A DNA stretch of 64,000 bases, from NCBI GenBank assembly GCA_038229495.1, contig JBBROJ010000004.1, positions 9,320 to 73,319 of the forward strand, given 5' to 3'. The notes beneath the pieces were generated by a model that saw nothing but the letters and a program-made list of their open reading frames with translations, was not told the origin of the DNA and searched no databases. The position numbers and the translations under genes were made by a program. Positions 54,244 to 63,748 of the stretch are shown piece after piece (the first letter of the stretch is position 1; each line of letters starts with the position of its first letter). Origin of the DNA: Chthonomonadales bacterium. GTDB lineage: Bacteria; Armatimonadota; Chthonomonadetes; Chthonomonadales; CAJBBX01.

Positions 54244-54592
54244 AGAGGAAGTGGGCGAAGAAGGGACGATTGGCGGCGACAATCCGGTAGACCAGCTCGA
54301 CGAGCCAGATAAACGGGGGCAGCATGAGCGGCCGCGCAAGCCAGCCGAAACCGATGCCGTCAAGCACGAACAGCGTTGCCCGACCGGCGCGCAGAATCTC
54401 GCCGTCCGTCTTGATGACGTGCACCACCTTCTCGCACGCTATGAGCAGTTTCGGCGTCATGGGCGGGGACGGCGCTTCCTGGTTCGGAACCGCATAGAAC
54501 AGGTTCCTATTGTCGTGCCGCTTTGCCCACCCAACAGCCCGCCGGCAAAACCCGCAATCCCTGTCCCAGAGTATCCAATGCTGCTCAGTCAT
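54227..54592 (-). CDS. DCC-family thiol-disulfide oxidoreductase (DUF393)
   Basis: WDRDCGFCRR (DxxCxxC). 121 aa. 3' end overlaps the convergent dehydrogenase gene by 17 nt. Confidence 0.8.
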   Translation of the reverse strand: MTEQHWILWDRDCGFCRRAVGWAKRHDNRNLFYAVPNQEAPSPPMTPKLLIACEKVVHVIKTDGEILRAGRATLFVLDGIGFGWLARPLMLPPFIWLVELVYRIVAANRPFFAHFLFTRKR

Positions 54593-54610
54593 GTAGCGGA
54601 AGCCAGAAGA

Positions 54611-54730
54611 GGGAAGTCGGAAGTCGGAAGACGGAAGTCAGAACCCCATCGACCGATGCCGTCTCCCCCAGGATTGGGAGCCGGGGGGCGTCTCCCCCAG
54701 GATGGGGGGCCCGGGGGCCAGCGACCCAAC
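54611..54730. repeat. Inverted copy of the 38101-38292 composite: (GGAAGTC)x4 - 2 x 29-nt G/C hairpin unit - CGACCCAAC
   Basis: Units cgtctcccccaggattgggagccgggggg (54660-54688) and cgtctcccccaggatggggggcccggggg (54689-54717) are reverse complements of the ccccccggcccccaattctgggggagacg family. Confidence 0.88.
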
Positions 54731-54733
54731 ATC

Positions 54734-56089
54734 TCACCGTCCCGGTTTCGGATAGCTGACGGGACTCTTACGTCCGGACCTGTCCAGCGCTCGAATGCCG
54801 AACAGATAATTGTCCTTCGAGAGCCCGTTCACCGTAAAGGTTGTCACCTTGCCCACGAAGCGCGCGTTCGTCCAGAGCGATGAATCGGTGGGCCGCCATA
54901 CTATCTCATAGCCCGCAAGGTCCGGCTCGGTGTTCGCGGCCCACGCGAGCGTCGTATCGTAGGAGAGGCGTGATGAGAGCGTGGCATTTCGCGGCGAGTC
55001 CGGAGCGGAGCCGAGCAGGCAAAGCGCGGCGGCATTGATTCGCGTTACTTGCGCCACGTAGGGGAAATCGACGAATTCCGGCAGGTCGCCGTACTGTACT
55101 CCATCCACATTTCGCACGTCCTGGTGCTGATGGCGATAGTCCTCGTTCGGCTCGGTGAACCGGACCGCCGGAAACCCGCGCTCCAGAAAGGGGATGTGGT
55201 CGCCGCCCCGGCTGTACCGGTCCCGCCGGTAGATGAGCTGCACCTTGATTCCGCGTACGTAGCGGTCGCCCGCCTCCTTTATATATCGCGCAAGCTGCCG
55301 CGACGGCCCGTCGTTCTCACCGCCGACGCTTCTTCGAATCGCCGCCTGCGCGGGCGTCTCATCCGTGGGGACTCCCTCCGAAAAGACGCGCACGCTCTTG
55401 TCGTCGAAGATGTTGTTGCCGCCGTGAGTGTTGCCGATGATGTCGTTCGTGAACATCGCCTGCACCCGCCAGCCGTTCTTTTTCGCCTGTTCCGCCGCGT
55501 ACGCCGAGCCGAGTAGTCCCTGCTCCTCGCCCGCCACCGCTATGAAGACGATGGGCGCGTCGAATCGATATTCGGACATTACGCGCGCAAGCTCCAGCAC
55601 GGCGGCGGCGCCGGAAGCGTCGTCGTTTGCACCGGGAGCATCGGAATTGGGATCGGTGGGGCGGGAGGGCATCGAATCGTAGTGGCCGCTCACGATGTAG
55701 ATGCGCTGTTCAGGAGTGTATCTCTCCCCTCGCAGCATGGCGATAACGTTAGTCAGCCTGGTAGGCTTGGGTATGCGGGGACTCACGCCCTGCTCGAACG
55801 ATTGCAGCTCAACCTTCAGCCGCCCGCTGGACTCCCGCGCGATCTTCTGAAACTCAGCGTAGAGCCAGTCGCGCGCCGCCCCGATGCCCCGCGCCGGGTC
55901 TGTTTGAGACGAGAGGGTGTTGCGAGTCCCGAACGAAGCCAGTTTGCGAATCGTGCGCTCTATGTTGGCCGCGTCTATGTCGCGGACCATCCGGGCGATG
56001 TCGGCGGGCTCGGCCGCCCGGCAGGAAAGCGCCGTGGAACCACAGCCCAGCACGACAGCACAGGCTGTCACCCGCAGAGATGGTCTCAT
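54734..56089 (-). CDS. M28-family aminopeptidase with a C-terminal fibronectin-III-like domain
   Basis: Signal peptide. Zinc-ligand contexts SGHYDS, GANDDASG, AGEEQGLLGS and GGDHIPF. Confidence 0.88.
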   Translation of the reverse strand: MRPSLRVTACAVVLGCGSTALSCRAAEPADIARMVRDIDAANIERTIRKLASFGTRNTLSSQTDPARGIGAARDWLYAEFQKIARESSGRLKVELQSFEQGVSPRIPKPTRLTNVIAMLRGERYTPEQRIYIVSGHYDSMPSRPTDPNSDAPGANDDASGAAAVLELARVMSEYRFDAPIVFIAVAGEEQGLLGSAYAAEQAKKNGWRVQAMFTNDIIGNTHGGNNIFDDKSVRVFSEGVPTDETPAQAAIRRSVGGENDGPSRQLARYIKEAGDRYVRGIKVQLIYRRDRYSRGGDHIPFLERGFPAVRFTEPNEDYRHQHQDVRNVDGVQYGDLPEFVDFPYVAQVTRINAAALCLLGSAPDSPRNATLSSRLSYDTTLAWAANTEPDLAGYEIVWRPTDSSLWTNARFVGKVTTFTVNGLSKDNYLFGIRALDRSGRKSPVSYPKPGR

Positions 56090-56155
56090 CTGTTCGCCTT
56101 TCTCCCCTTTTTCCCGTAGTTAAGCTGCTTCATACAATACTCATGCGGCCAACCG

Positions 56156-57484
56156 TCAGTGATTATGTGCGTTTTGGTTGAGCGCAATATCCGCGCGGGC
56201 GTTTATGCCTGGGCGCAGCGCGGAGCCGCCATTCGTTAGCCGGATCTTAAGAGGAATCGACCGTCCATCGTCGGCGACCGGCAGTATCTCGGAAACCACG
56301 CCGTGCAGCGCGCGATTCAGGGCCGTATCCAATCGGACGCCGGCGGCAAGACCGGGACGAATTGACATTGCATAGCGGGCAGGCACGGCGGCCTCGAGAT
56401 AGATGGAATCGAGGGAGACTACGCTCATTAGCGGCTGCGCTGGCTGTGCGGTCTCCCCGGCATGAATTGCCACGTCGGATACTATGCCCGCGAACGGCGC
56501 GGTCAGCGTGCCGTTTCCGATCTGCGATGCCGCCTGTCGCCTGCCGGCTTTTGCCTGGTCCAACTGGGCTTTCGCCGCTTCGATGTCCCTATCCGTGACT
56601 CGAAGCGTCTCCGTTTTTGCCCTGAACGCGTTTTTCACGCCATCCTGCCCCTGCCGAACGCCCGCGCGAGCCGCCTCAATATCGGCTTCGCTCACCTGGC
56701 GGCGAAGAGGAGCCGATTCCACGGCGGGTTTCGCTGCCGCGCGAGCCTGATCCAGCGCGGCAATCGCCGAATCCCGCTGCGCCCGCGCTATGCCTGCCTG
56801 CGCCTCCGCTCCCTCCATGTCGACCCGCGCAATTCCGCCATGCGAGTAGAGAAACTGCATGCGCTTCAACGTGCTCTCCGCCTGTTTATCGACCGTTTCC
56901 GCTTGCCGAACACCGGATTCCGCCTGCCGTACCGCAGCCTGCGCCCGCTCCGCGTCGGAAGTGGCCGAGCTATCGCTTAGTCGGATGGAGAGCTCCGCTT
57001 GCCGTTGCTTTGCCAGAGCCGTCCTGAGACCGCCCTCCGCCTGGGAAATCTGCGAATCCATCTCCACGGCACGGGCGCGCTTGCCGTCCAGCGCCTTCCG
57101 ATACTGCGCCATGGCCGCTTCGACGCCGGCCTTCGCGGAATCGGCTTGAGCTGTCGTGTCTCCCAGATCGAGGCGCACCAGAGGCTGGCCCGCGCGCACC
57201 GATTCGCCATCCCGCACGAGGATGGCCGACACGCGGGAAGGCATCTTAGCGCTTATCGCGGCCTTTCGATCTGCCCGCAAGACGCCTGTCACGGCAATAG
57301 ACTGCGGTTGGACCTCTCGCTCGGCAGGCGGGGTTACAAACGGAGCGCCCTGCGAAGCATCTGCCGTGGAAACGGGAACGCGGCGCGGATTGATAGGCGC
57401 GTTTCGCTCCCGGGCGTTGTAGTAGACCGCCCAGGCAAGTATGCCCACGAGCGCAAGAGCCGCAATGATTCGGTTCAGGTTCAT
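56156..57484 (-). CDS. Efflux/secretion periplasmic adaptor (HlyD/MFP family)
   Basis: ATG 57484 overlaps the tolC-like stop (ATGA). Membrane anchor, long Ala/Gln-rich coiled-coil hairpin, beta-barrel tail. Confidence 0.85.
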   Translation of the reverse strand: MNLNRIIAALALVGILAWAVYYNARERNAPINPRRVPVSTADASQGAPFVTPPAEREVQPQSIAVTGVLRADRKAAISAKMPSRVSAILVRDGESVRAGQPLVRLDLGDTTAQADSAKAGVEAAMAQYRKALDGKRARAVEMDSQISQAEGGLRTALAKQRQAELSIRLSDSSATSDAERAQAAVRQAESGVRQAETVDKQAESTLKRMQFLYSHGGIARVDMEGAEAQAGIARAQRDSAIAALDQARAAAKPAVESAPLRRQVSEADIEAARAGVRQGQDGVKNAFRAKTETLRVTDRDIEAAKAQLDQAKAGRRQAASQIGNGTLTAPFAGIVSDVAIHAGETAQPAQPLMSVVSLDSIYLEAAVPARYAMSIRPGLAAGVRLDTALNRALHGVVSEILPVADDGRSIPLKIRLTNGGSALRPGINARADIALNQNAHNH

Positions 57485-58791
57485 TTCATGTCCGCGCCGT
57501 TGCTGCCCGTAGCATGGGCATAGTCGGCGGCTGCCGCCTGAATGTCGAACTGTGCTTGAGCGCGGTTGCCGCGCGCCTTGATCACGATGAAGAGCGCGCC
57601 GCTCACTTCCAGTTGGGTGGCGGCGCGCGCTTGATAGCGCAGCTCGGAGATGTCCAGCGCAGATTGCGCCGATGCGACCTGTCTGCCGGAAGTTTCGATT
57701 CGCGCGGCCGCCTCGCGCATGTTGCGCCACGCCTTCTCAACCTCCACGCGGATGCCTAGCCGGGCCTCTTCAAGCTGCGCCTTGAGCTGCCCTGCGCGCG
57801 CCTTCGCCTCTCTCGCGTCCGCCCGTGATCTCGCTGTGTCGAAGGGATTCCACGTTACCACCAGACCCGCGGCGTAATAGCGCGAGCTAGTGAAGGCGGT
57901 AGGGGTCTGCGCCGCGGCGACCGCGCGGCCCGAAAGTATTGGAAGGTTCTGCATGCCGGCGAGAACGCCCCCCGCCTTCGCTCCCTTAATGCCTTCCTCC
58001 AGCGCCTTCAGCTCAGGTCGCTGCTTTAGAGCGAGAGCGATTCCGGGTTCAGGGCTTTCCGGCGGAGCGGGTAGGGCGGAGGAAGTGGAGGCAGTGAAGG
58101 GCGTCGCGGGGTCTCGCCCGAGAATGCGATTCAGGTTGGCGCGGGCAAGAGCGACGCCGTTTTCTGCCTTCACGGCGCCCTGCTCGGCCTCGGCCAAATC
58201 GGCGTCAGACGCCTTCACGTCGCGCTCGGAGGATGAGCCTGCCTCCAGCATCGTGCGCGTCAAATCGAGATGTTTGCGCGCCAAATCGACGCCGTTTCGC
58301 GCCACTTCCGCCATCGTCTCCGCTGCCAGAAATTGAAAGTAGGCGCGGCGGACCTCGAGAATCAGGTCGTTCTCCTGCCGGCTCACCTCCAAGCCGTTGG
58401 CGCGAGTCTGCGCTCCATATCTCTCTTTAGCCGCCCCCAGCCCCGCCCGGTAGAGAATCTGTTCCACGCTCAGCTCCACGCGCCCGAATCGCTCGGGGAT
58501 TACGGTGTCATCGCCCGCGCCCAGGCGGGGAAAGGTGACGCGCGGTCCCTGCAATCGCGCTTCCGCAGTCGTGGTGATGGTGGGGACGGCGACGGGCTTG
58601 TCGCGGTCGGTCTGTGCCTGGACTGCCTGCGCCTCGAACCGGGCGGCCCTGAGGCGCGGGCTTTGCGACAGCGCCGTGCGGACTGCCTCATCGAGGGACA
58701 ATGATGGTCCCGCCTGCGCCGCCGCAACGGTTATGACGGTTATGAGAATAAACGGCATAAGTGTAAGCAAGGGGACTGAAGGAGGATTCAC
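57481..58791 (-). CDS. TolC-family outer-membrane channel protein
   Basis: Signal peptide. Two-fold repeat of the OEP helical/barrel pattern (LSLDEAVRTAL...; second repeat around LALKQRPELKA). Confidence 0.88.
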   Translation of the reverse strand: MNPPSVPLLTLMPFILITVITVAAAQAGPSLSLDEAVRTALSQSPRLRAARFEAQAVQAQTDRDKPVAVPTITTTAEARLQGPRVTFPRLGAGDDTVIPERFGRVELSVEQILYRAGLGAAKERYGAQTRANGLEVSRQENDLILEVRRAYFQFLAAETMAEVARNGVDLARKHLDLTRTMLEAGSSSERDVKASDADLAEAEQGAVKAENGVALARANLNRILGRDPATPFTASTSSALPAPPESPEPGIALALKQRPELKALEEGIKGAKAGGVLAGMQNLPILSGRAVAAAQTPTAFTSSRYYAAGLVVTWNPFDTARSRADAREAKARAGQLKAQLEEARLGIRVEVEKAWRNMREAAARIETSGRQVASAQSALDISELRYQARAATQLEVSGALFIVIKARGNRAQAQFDIQAAAADYAHATGSNGADMK

Positions 58792-58797
58792 AAGGAT

Positions 58798-59649
58798 TCA
58801 CGCAGCTCTATTCTCGATGGCTTCGGAGGGCCGTAGAAGCTGGTCCGGCTGGGCTCCCCGCTCTTTTGCGGGCCGAAGCAGCGACACGTCACCGGCAACG
58901 TCGGGGCGGCTGGGCCGCAGCAACGCGCGGATCGCAGCATCCTTTTCGAAGCGTAACCGCAGTGCGGGAAGGCATGACATCGCCGCCTGGCGGAGCTGCC
59001 CGCGCTCGCGATGCGCAATGCGTTCCACGGGGCGAACGTAGCGTCCGTCCCCGACCTGTTCGAGCGCGGCCAATATCGCCTGCGAGAGCGCGAGGCTGTA
59101 GGTAATGGATCGAGTGTTCGTGCAGCCGTCCAAACTCTGCGAGAGAGCGGCGTAATGGAGTTCGGTAAGACGGGCCGCATCATTGGCGCGCACATGTTCC
59201 AGCAGATGCTCGGCGGCAAGCGTTACCGCTCGCGCCCGCCGGTCCCGCACGTTCCATGGTGGTATGCGCGGAGCAAGAAACCATGCTCCGCAGACTATGG
59301 CGGCAATTGCGCCGAGCGCGTATAGCTTGTAGGTGGCGCCACCCATGAAAACCAGGTACATCAGGAGCGCGCTGAGGGGAGCGCAGCCTACCAGCGCGAT
59401 GAACGCCCACAAGCCGATGCTGCCGAGATTCTCGCGAAAGGAGTGCCGATGATAACGCCGCTCTTCGTTCAGGCAATCCACCCAGCAGTCCTGAACTGCA
59501 TTGAGAAGTGGAAGCAGCATGTCGACACGACGCTCTTCGAGCTTCTGGCTCGCGGCCCGGCGCTTCCATCCTGTTTCGAACGCCTCGATAATCGCTTCGA
59601 CTTCCGAATCGATCTCTCGGGCTGCCCGGTATGTTTCGGCGAAAGGCAC
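58798..59649 (-). CDS. Membrane protein with three C-terminal LLRP[SA] motifs (paralogue of 16066..16992)
   Basis: The start is uncertain; GTG 59649 is the first candidate after the upstream stop at 59715. Basic patch RRYHRHSFR, 2-3 TM helices, a helical domain, then ALLRPS / SLLRPA / QLLRPS. Ends 7 nt before the tolC-like start. Confidence 0.55.
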   Translation of the reverse strand: MPFAETYRAAREIDSEVEAIIEAFETGWKRRAASQKLEERRVDMLLPLLNAVQDCWVDCLNEERRYHRHSFRENLGSIGLWAFIALVGCAPLSALLMYLVFMGGATYKLYALGAIAAIVCGAWFLAPRIPPWNVRDRRARAVTLAAEHLLEHVRANDAARLTELHYAALSQSLDGCTNTRSITYSLALSQAILAALEQVGDGRYVRPVERIAHRERGQLRQAAMSCLPALRLRFEKDAAIRALLRPSRPDVAGDVSLLRPAKERGAQPDQLLRPSEAIENRAA

Positions 59650-59714
59650 GTCGAAGTCCTCATGCGGCGAATTGACCGGCGAATTGCGACAGGCAAACTT
59701 TCCAATTGAGCCAC

Positions 59715-60464
59715 TTATTCTATCGCAATAACATACGATTCGACGAAAGAGGCGAGATTCCTTGCCGCAAGACCCGCGCGGCCGCCAAGCCGAGCGAGAT
59801 CCGGGATTTTCCACGGATGGAGCAGCGCCGCCAATACGATTCTGCCGACCGACACTTCCCCCGTTTCATCGTTTATCATGCCGGAAAAGTCAAGCGGCAG
59901 GTCGTCATTGATACCGTCCGATATCGCCCGGATTCCGATCCAGGGCGTACCCGCCTCGGCTGCCACGCCTGCCGCCCCCGCCGTCTCCATGTCCATTGCG
60001 AGCGAGCCTGGGTACAGCGTCGCAATTTCACGCTTGTGTCGAGCAGACTGGGCAATGCTGGGGTAAGTGAGCAGACCGCAGATACGACACGTCACCCCGG
60101 CAACATGAACTGTTTCGGTTTTGGCGACGAGCGCGGGATCGGGCTGCGCGGTTGGACGAGTGTCGAGGGGCGCGGCGTCCCGAAGACTACCCGTGACAAC
60201 AATGTCGCCCGGCGCCTGCGTTTCGGAGAGACCTCCCGCGAATCCGCAAATAAGGAGCGTTCGCGGAGAATATCGGCCCAGCATCTGCCCGACAGTCTGC
60301 AGCGTTCGAACTCTACCCATCCCCGACCGCGCCACGACAACGGCCCTGCCCGCGATTTCGCCCCGGTAAAACAGAAGGCCGCCGGTCGATTCAGTCTCGA
60401 CCGACGGCATTTTTTTAAGTATGGGGTTTAGCTCTTCCCGAACTGCTGTCAGTATCCCGATCAC
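59715..60464 (-). CDS. hpnG: Nucleoside phosphorylase family, hopanoid-associated HpnG-like
   Basis: PNP/MTAN fold (MIGILTAVREE..., GFAGGL, MDMETAGAA). Sits next to hpnH, hpnA and ispH. Confidence 0.65.
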   Translation of the reverse strand: MIGILTAVREELNPILKKMPSVETESTGGLLFYRGEIAGRAVVVARSGMGRVRTLQTVGQMLGRYSPRTLLICGFAGGLSETQAPGDIVVTGSLRDAAPLDTRPTAQPDPALVAKTETVHVAGVTCRICGLLTYPSIAQSARHKREIATLYPGSLAMDMETAGAAGVAAEAGTPWIGIRAISDGINDDLPLDFSGMINDETGEVSVGRIVLAALLHPWKIPDLARLGGRAGLAARNLASFVESYVIAIE

Positions 60465-60480
60465 AGGCTGTTATTCACCG

Positions 60481-60547
60481 CGAAGGCGCGAAGACCACGA
60501 AGAACGACAAGAGTCTGATCCACAGATTGACATAGATTTGCACAAAT
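60481..60547. repeat. Solo copy of the sequence family that flanks the GxxExxY gene
   Basis: The reverse complement catttgtgcaaatctatgtcaatctgtggatcag resembles catttgcacttatctgtgttcatctgtgtcatctgtggacaa (18311-18351). The adjacent gaagaccacgaagaacg resembles gaagaccagagaacg (17917-17931). Confidence 0.5.
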
Positions 60548-60637
60548 GAAGGCAAAATCCCTGACGTTCCCCGTGCTCCCCGTGGTTGAATCGCCGTTTG
60601 CCCTTCGTCGTATCTTCGCGTCTCCGCGGTTAAAATG

Positions 60638-61591
60638 TTAGTGGGTCGCGTGGCCCGCGATGACGTAGCGCGATTCGTGCGGGCGGTGTTCCAGCTGGAG
60701 CGGACCATCGTAGCCGGTAACTTTCGCGCGCACTCCCTCAACCAAATCCTCAGGGGTTGAGAGGCCGGACGCGATTCCAATGTGCGCGGCCCAGTCGAAG
60801 TCCTCGGTCAGAAGCTCGTCGGCGTTCTGAATATGCAACGTAAACGGATTGTGGTGGCGGCACAGGGCGGCCAACTCCATCGTGTTGGCGCTGGTGCGGC
60901 TGCCCACCACGAGCATCAGGTCCACCTTCTCCGCCAGATCGAGAGCGTCATCCTGCCGATTCTGCACCGGGCGGCAGATCGTGTTGATGATCTGGACCTC
61001 TTTACACATGAAGACCAACTCGTTCATAATCTCGCGGCAGAGCTCCAGCGCGTGAGTTGTCTGAAAAATGACGCCGACCTTGCGCAGCAGCTTGTGGCTT
61101 GCCTTTGCCTCGCGGAGCTCCTCCACGCTGTCAACGACGAGGGCGGGGTTCTCCAGCGTGCCGAGGATGCCCTTGATCTCTGCGTGATGCTGGTCGCCAA
61201 TAATAACCACCTGGCAGCCGCGCTTCTCCAGTGTCTGAGCTGCCTCCTGGGCGCGCAGTACAATCGGGCAGGTGGCGTCCACGATCTCCAGGCCTCGGTC
61301 CCGCGCCTCCTGGATACGGGACTTGGGCAGTCCGTGAGCGCGGATAACCATTGTGCCGGCATTCTGGGTCGTGTAATCGTCGACCTTATGAAGCCCCTTG
61401 GACTCCAGCTCGTCGGTCACGCGCTTGTTGTGCACGAGGTCGCCGAGGATGAAAACCTGGCTGCGCTCGGACAGAGCCTGCTTGGTGAGGTTGATGGCCC
61501 GCTTCACGCCGAAGCAGAATCCGACCTCTTTTGCCAGGGTTACCTTGCGCCGCGTCGTTGCCTGCGTTTTCGATTTCACCTGTGTAGTCAA
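60638..61591 (-). CDS. ispH: 4-hydroxy-3-methylbut-2-enyl diphosphate reductase
   Basis: Three cluster cysteines (GFCFGV, DATCPIV, NTICRPV). TTG 61591 is preceded by AGGAG. The ORF-track N-terminal 39 codons are unlikely to be coding. Confidence 0.9.
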   Translation of the reverse strand: MTTQVKSKTQATTRRKVTLAKEVGFCFGVKRAINLTKQALSERSQVFILGDLVHNKRVTDELESKGLHKVDDYTTQNAGTMVIRAHGLPKSRIQEARDRGLEIVDATCPIVLRAQEAAQTLEKRGCQVVIIGDQHHAEIKGILGTLENPALVVDSVEELREAKASHKLLRKVGVIFQTTHALELCREIMNELVFMCKEVQIINTICRPVQNRQDDALDLAEKVDLMLVVGSRTSANTMELAALCRHHNPFTLHIQNADELLTEDFDWAAHIGIASGLSTPEDLVEGVRAKVTGYDGPLQLEHRPHESRYVIAGHATH

Positions 61592-61743
61592 AACCCGTCT
61601 CCTAAGATTGTCCAGTGTCTGACTGCGTCTGCGAGCGAGGCACTGAGTGACTATGGATTTGTGGCTGCAGGGCCTGCGGCCGGTCGTCCTGCCGGACGAA
61701 AAGGACACACCTGTGCAAGAAGTCTATTGACCGCCGGCCGACG

Positions 61744-62739
61744 TCAGACCTTCACATACCCGTTTGCGCGAAACCATTCTACCGCGCGGGCGAGGGCGTC
61801 TTTCACCGGAGACTGCGGCAGTCCCAACTCTCGGATCGCCTTTGCCGGATCGAAGTACATGTGCTTGCGCGCCATCTTCACGCCTTCGAGTGGAAAATGC
61901 GGCTCTTGTCGCAGTATTGTACCAAATATTAGTGTATCTAGCTGCGCCACGGAGAGTGCTATTGCAAAAGGAATCTGTCTGCGGGGCGCGGGCAGGCTGG
62001 TAATCTCCGCGAGAAGGTCAAGAATTCCCTTCAGCGTTACATTCTCGCTGCCCAGGATGTATCGCTCGCCGGGCACGCCCTTATCGGCTGCCAGCAGATG
62101 TCCCGCGGCGACATCGCGCACGTCGATGAGGTTGAGGCCGGTCTGAATGAACGCGGGCATCCTGCGATTCAGGAAATCAACCACGATCTTGCCGGTCGGC
62201 GTGGGCTTGATGTCGTTCTCGCCGACAGGGGTGCTGGGATTCACGATGACCAGCGGAAGATTTTCCTCATGGGCGAAGCGCTTGGCTTCCTTTTCGGCGA
62301 GGAACTTGCTGCGCTTGTAGTGCCCAACCATATCGTCCAGCGAAACGGGGGTCTCTTCTGTGCCGGGAGTTCCGTCTTTCGGTATGCCGAGAGCGCCGAC
62401 CGTGCTGGTATAGACCACCCGCTTGACATCGGCCTCTTTCGCCGCGCGCAGCAGGTTGAGCGTGCCTTCGACGTTGCTTCGGTACAGCTCCCGCGGGTCG
62501 CGCGACCACAAACGGTAGTCGGCAGCGACATGGAAAACGCACCCGCATCCCTTTGCCGCCTGTCGCAGCGATTCGGCGTCCTGCAAATCGCCATAGACCG
62601 GCTCGCAGTCCAGGGCCGCCAGATTGTCGATCCTGCTCGTGCGCCGGATCAGCGCCCTGACCGAATCTCCGCGCTCTACAAGCAGGCGGGCGACGTGGCT
62701 CCCGACGAATCCGGTTCCCCCGGTGACTAAAACACGCAA
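61744..62739 (-). CDS. hpnA: NAD-dependent epimerase/dehydratase, hopanoid-associated HpnA-like
   Basis: VTGGTGFVGSHV Rossmann motif and the YxxxK pair (YKRSK). Resembles dihydroflavonol-reductase-like HpnA. Context supports the call. Confidence 0.7.
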   Translation of the reverse strand: MRVLVTGGTGFVGSHVARLLVERGDSVRALIRRTSRIDNLAALDCEPVYGDLQDAESLRQAAKGCGCVFHVAADYRLWSRDPRELYRSNVEGTLNLLRAAKEADVKRVVYTSTVGALGIPKDGTPGTEETPVSLDDMVGHYKRSKFLAEKEAKRFAHEENLPLVIVNPSTPVGENDIKPTPTGKIVVDFLNRRMPAFIQTGLNLIDVRDVAAGHLLAADKGVPGERYILGSENVTLKGILDLLAEITSLPAPRRQIPFAIALSVAQLDTLIFGTILRQEPHFPLEGVKMARKHMYFDPAKAIRELGLPQSPVKDALARAVEWFRANGYVKV

Positions 62740-62743
62740 GGTC

Positions 62744-63748
62744 CTATTTGGACAGCGACCAGGCGGCGAGCTGAATCTTCCCCTTGAAGCTCTTCATCGC
62801 CTCTTCCACCGCACTGTGCTCGAATCCACTGTGCATCTTGCAGTTCTGGCAGCGGCGATCCAGGCGGCTCTCCCAATACTCCCAGTTGGTCTTTTCCCAG
62901 AAGTCGGTCCAATCGGCGTGGTACCCCTCGCCGTCGATGAGATAGCAGGGCGCTTTCCAGCCCTTCGGCGTGTAGTTGACTGTGGACCACGGCGCACAGG
63001 GAAGCTCCCGAAGGCCGGCGGCAAACTCCAGGAAGTAGGGGGTAGCATTGATCTTGTATTTGTGGGAGAACTCTCGAATCTTGCCGAACTTCTCGTGAAT
63101 TTGGTCCTTGGTGAGAAAGACGTCCTGCTCCACGCTCTCGTACTCGTAGCCGGGCGAGACCAGGATGCCGTCCGCCTTCAATCGCTCCACCATCTGGCAC
63201 ATCTCTTCCACTTCTTCGACGGCGGTCTCCTTGAAGACGGTAGTGTTGACGAAGACGTAGTAGCCGCGCTTTTTCGCCTCTTTGATCATCTGCACCGCCT
63301 TATCGAACACGCCCTCTTTATTGCAGACATAATCATGGGTCTTGCGCATTCCGTCCAGATGAATCATGAGGAAGAAATGGTCGCTCGGGGGAATCAAGTC
63401 GAAGACTTTGGTGTCGAGCTTGAGCGCGTTGGTACAGCAGAGAATATACTTGCCCCGGTCGATCAGCCCCTGAACAAGCTGCGGAAGCTCCGGATAGAGG
63501 GTCGGCTCGCCGCCGCAAAGATTCACGATGGGCGCGCCGCAGTCCTCGACTGCCTTGAAGCACTGGTCGAGATCCATGCGATCTTTAAGCTTGCCCGTAT
63601 GCCGCTCTACCGAGCAGCCGATGCAGGCGAGGTTGCAGGTATAGAGTGGCTCCAGCATCAGCACCGTCGGATACCGCTTCAACCCCTGCCTGGTCATCTT
63701 CGAACGGTGCTTGGCCTGCGCCATGGTAAAGCCTATAGGAAATCTCAT
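62744..63748 (-). CDS. hpnH: Radical SAM adenosylhopane synthase HpnH
   Basis: CNLACIGC (CxxxCxxC), RYPTVLMLEPLYTCN, and C-terminal CQNCKMHSGFE, typical of HpnH. Confidence 0.8.
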   Translation of the reverse strand: MRFPIGFTMAQAKHRSKMTRQGLKRYPTVLMLEPLYTCNLACIGCSVERHTGKLKDRMDLDQCFKAVEDCGAPIVNLCGGEPTLYPELPQLVQGLIDRGKYILCCTNALKLDTKVFDLIPPSDHFFLMIHLDGMRKTHDYVCNKEGVFDKAVQMIKEAKKRGYYVFVNTTVFKETAVEEVEEMCQMVERLKADGILVSPGYEYESVEQDVFLTKDQIHEKFGKIREFSHKYKINATPYFLEFAAGLRELPCAPWSTVNYTPKGWKAPCYLIDGEGYHADWTDFWEKTNWEYWESRLDRRCQNCKMHSGFEHSAVEEAMKSFKGKIQLAAWSLSK

